Shown one piece after another: positions 63,974 to 64,000 of a stretch of DNA of 64,000 nt (within the stretch, counting starts at the first letter, position 1; every line of letters begins with the position of its first letter). The position numbers were made by a program, and so were the translations under genes. The stretch is from contig JAQGDQ010000265.1 of assembly GCA_030141605.1 (NCBI GenBank), positions 250,941 to 314,940 of the forward strand, given 5' to 3'. The DNA comes from Tubiluchus corallicola. Lineage: Eukaryota; Animalia; Priapulida. The notes under the pieces are model-generated. The model saw nothing but the letters and a program-made list of their open reading frames with translations, searched no databases and was not told the DNA's origin.

Positions 63974-64000
63974 AGCTCTTCCCCTGAATTAAACTGTTCA

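Noticed and set aside
1-64000. tRNA or rRNA genes
   Set aside because: No cloverleaf or rRNA signature recognised by eye; the island uses mnmE rather than a tRNA as its site.

Overview
Chromosomal window from a Bacteroidota genome (Bacteroidales/Marinilabiliales-like, judged from gene content). Bases 1-45323 are backbone: glycogen synthase-like gene, panC, panD, radA, three GH29 fucosidases, a sulfatase, a cobalamin-riboswitch-controlled btuFCD-btuB operon, fabG and mnmE. After the mnmE stop lies a decaying tyrosine-integrase island, then a pile-up of IS3, IS256, IS1634 and IS21-like elements around a legionaminic-acid-type biosynthesis cluster. The main signal is a ~1647-bp IS1634-like element (13-bp TIR CCTGTTTTGTGCA) present as three full-length copies and one 31-bp remnant. 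Each full-length copy sits between long direct repeats of host DNA that end exactly at the TIRs: 113 bp, ~1.56 kb and an inferred 55 bp. The kb-scale duplication copied a whole outer-membrane protein gene, and the two copies now differ only by in-frame indels and amino-acid changes. In three junctions, a frame reading out of the IS end fuses in frame to the interrupted gene. All comparisons were made by eye; no database searches were run.
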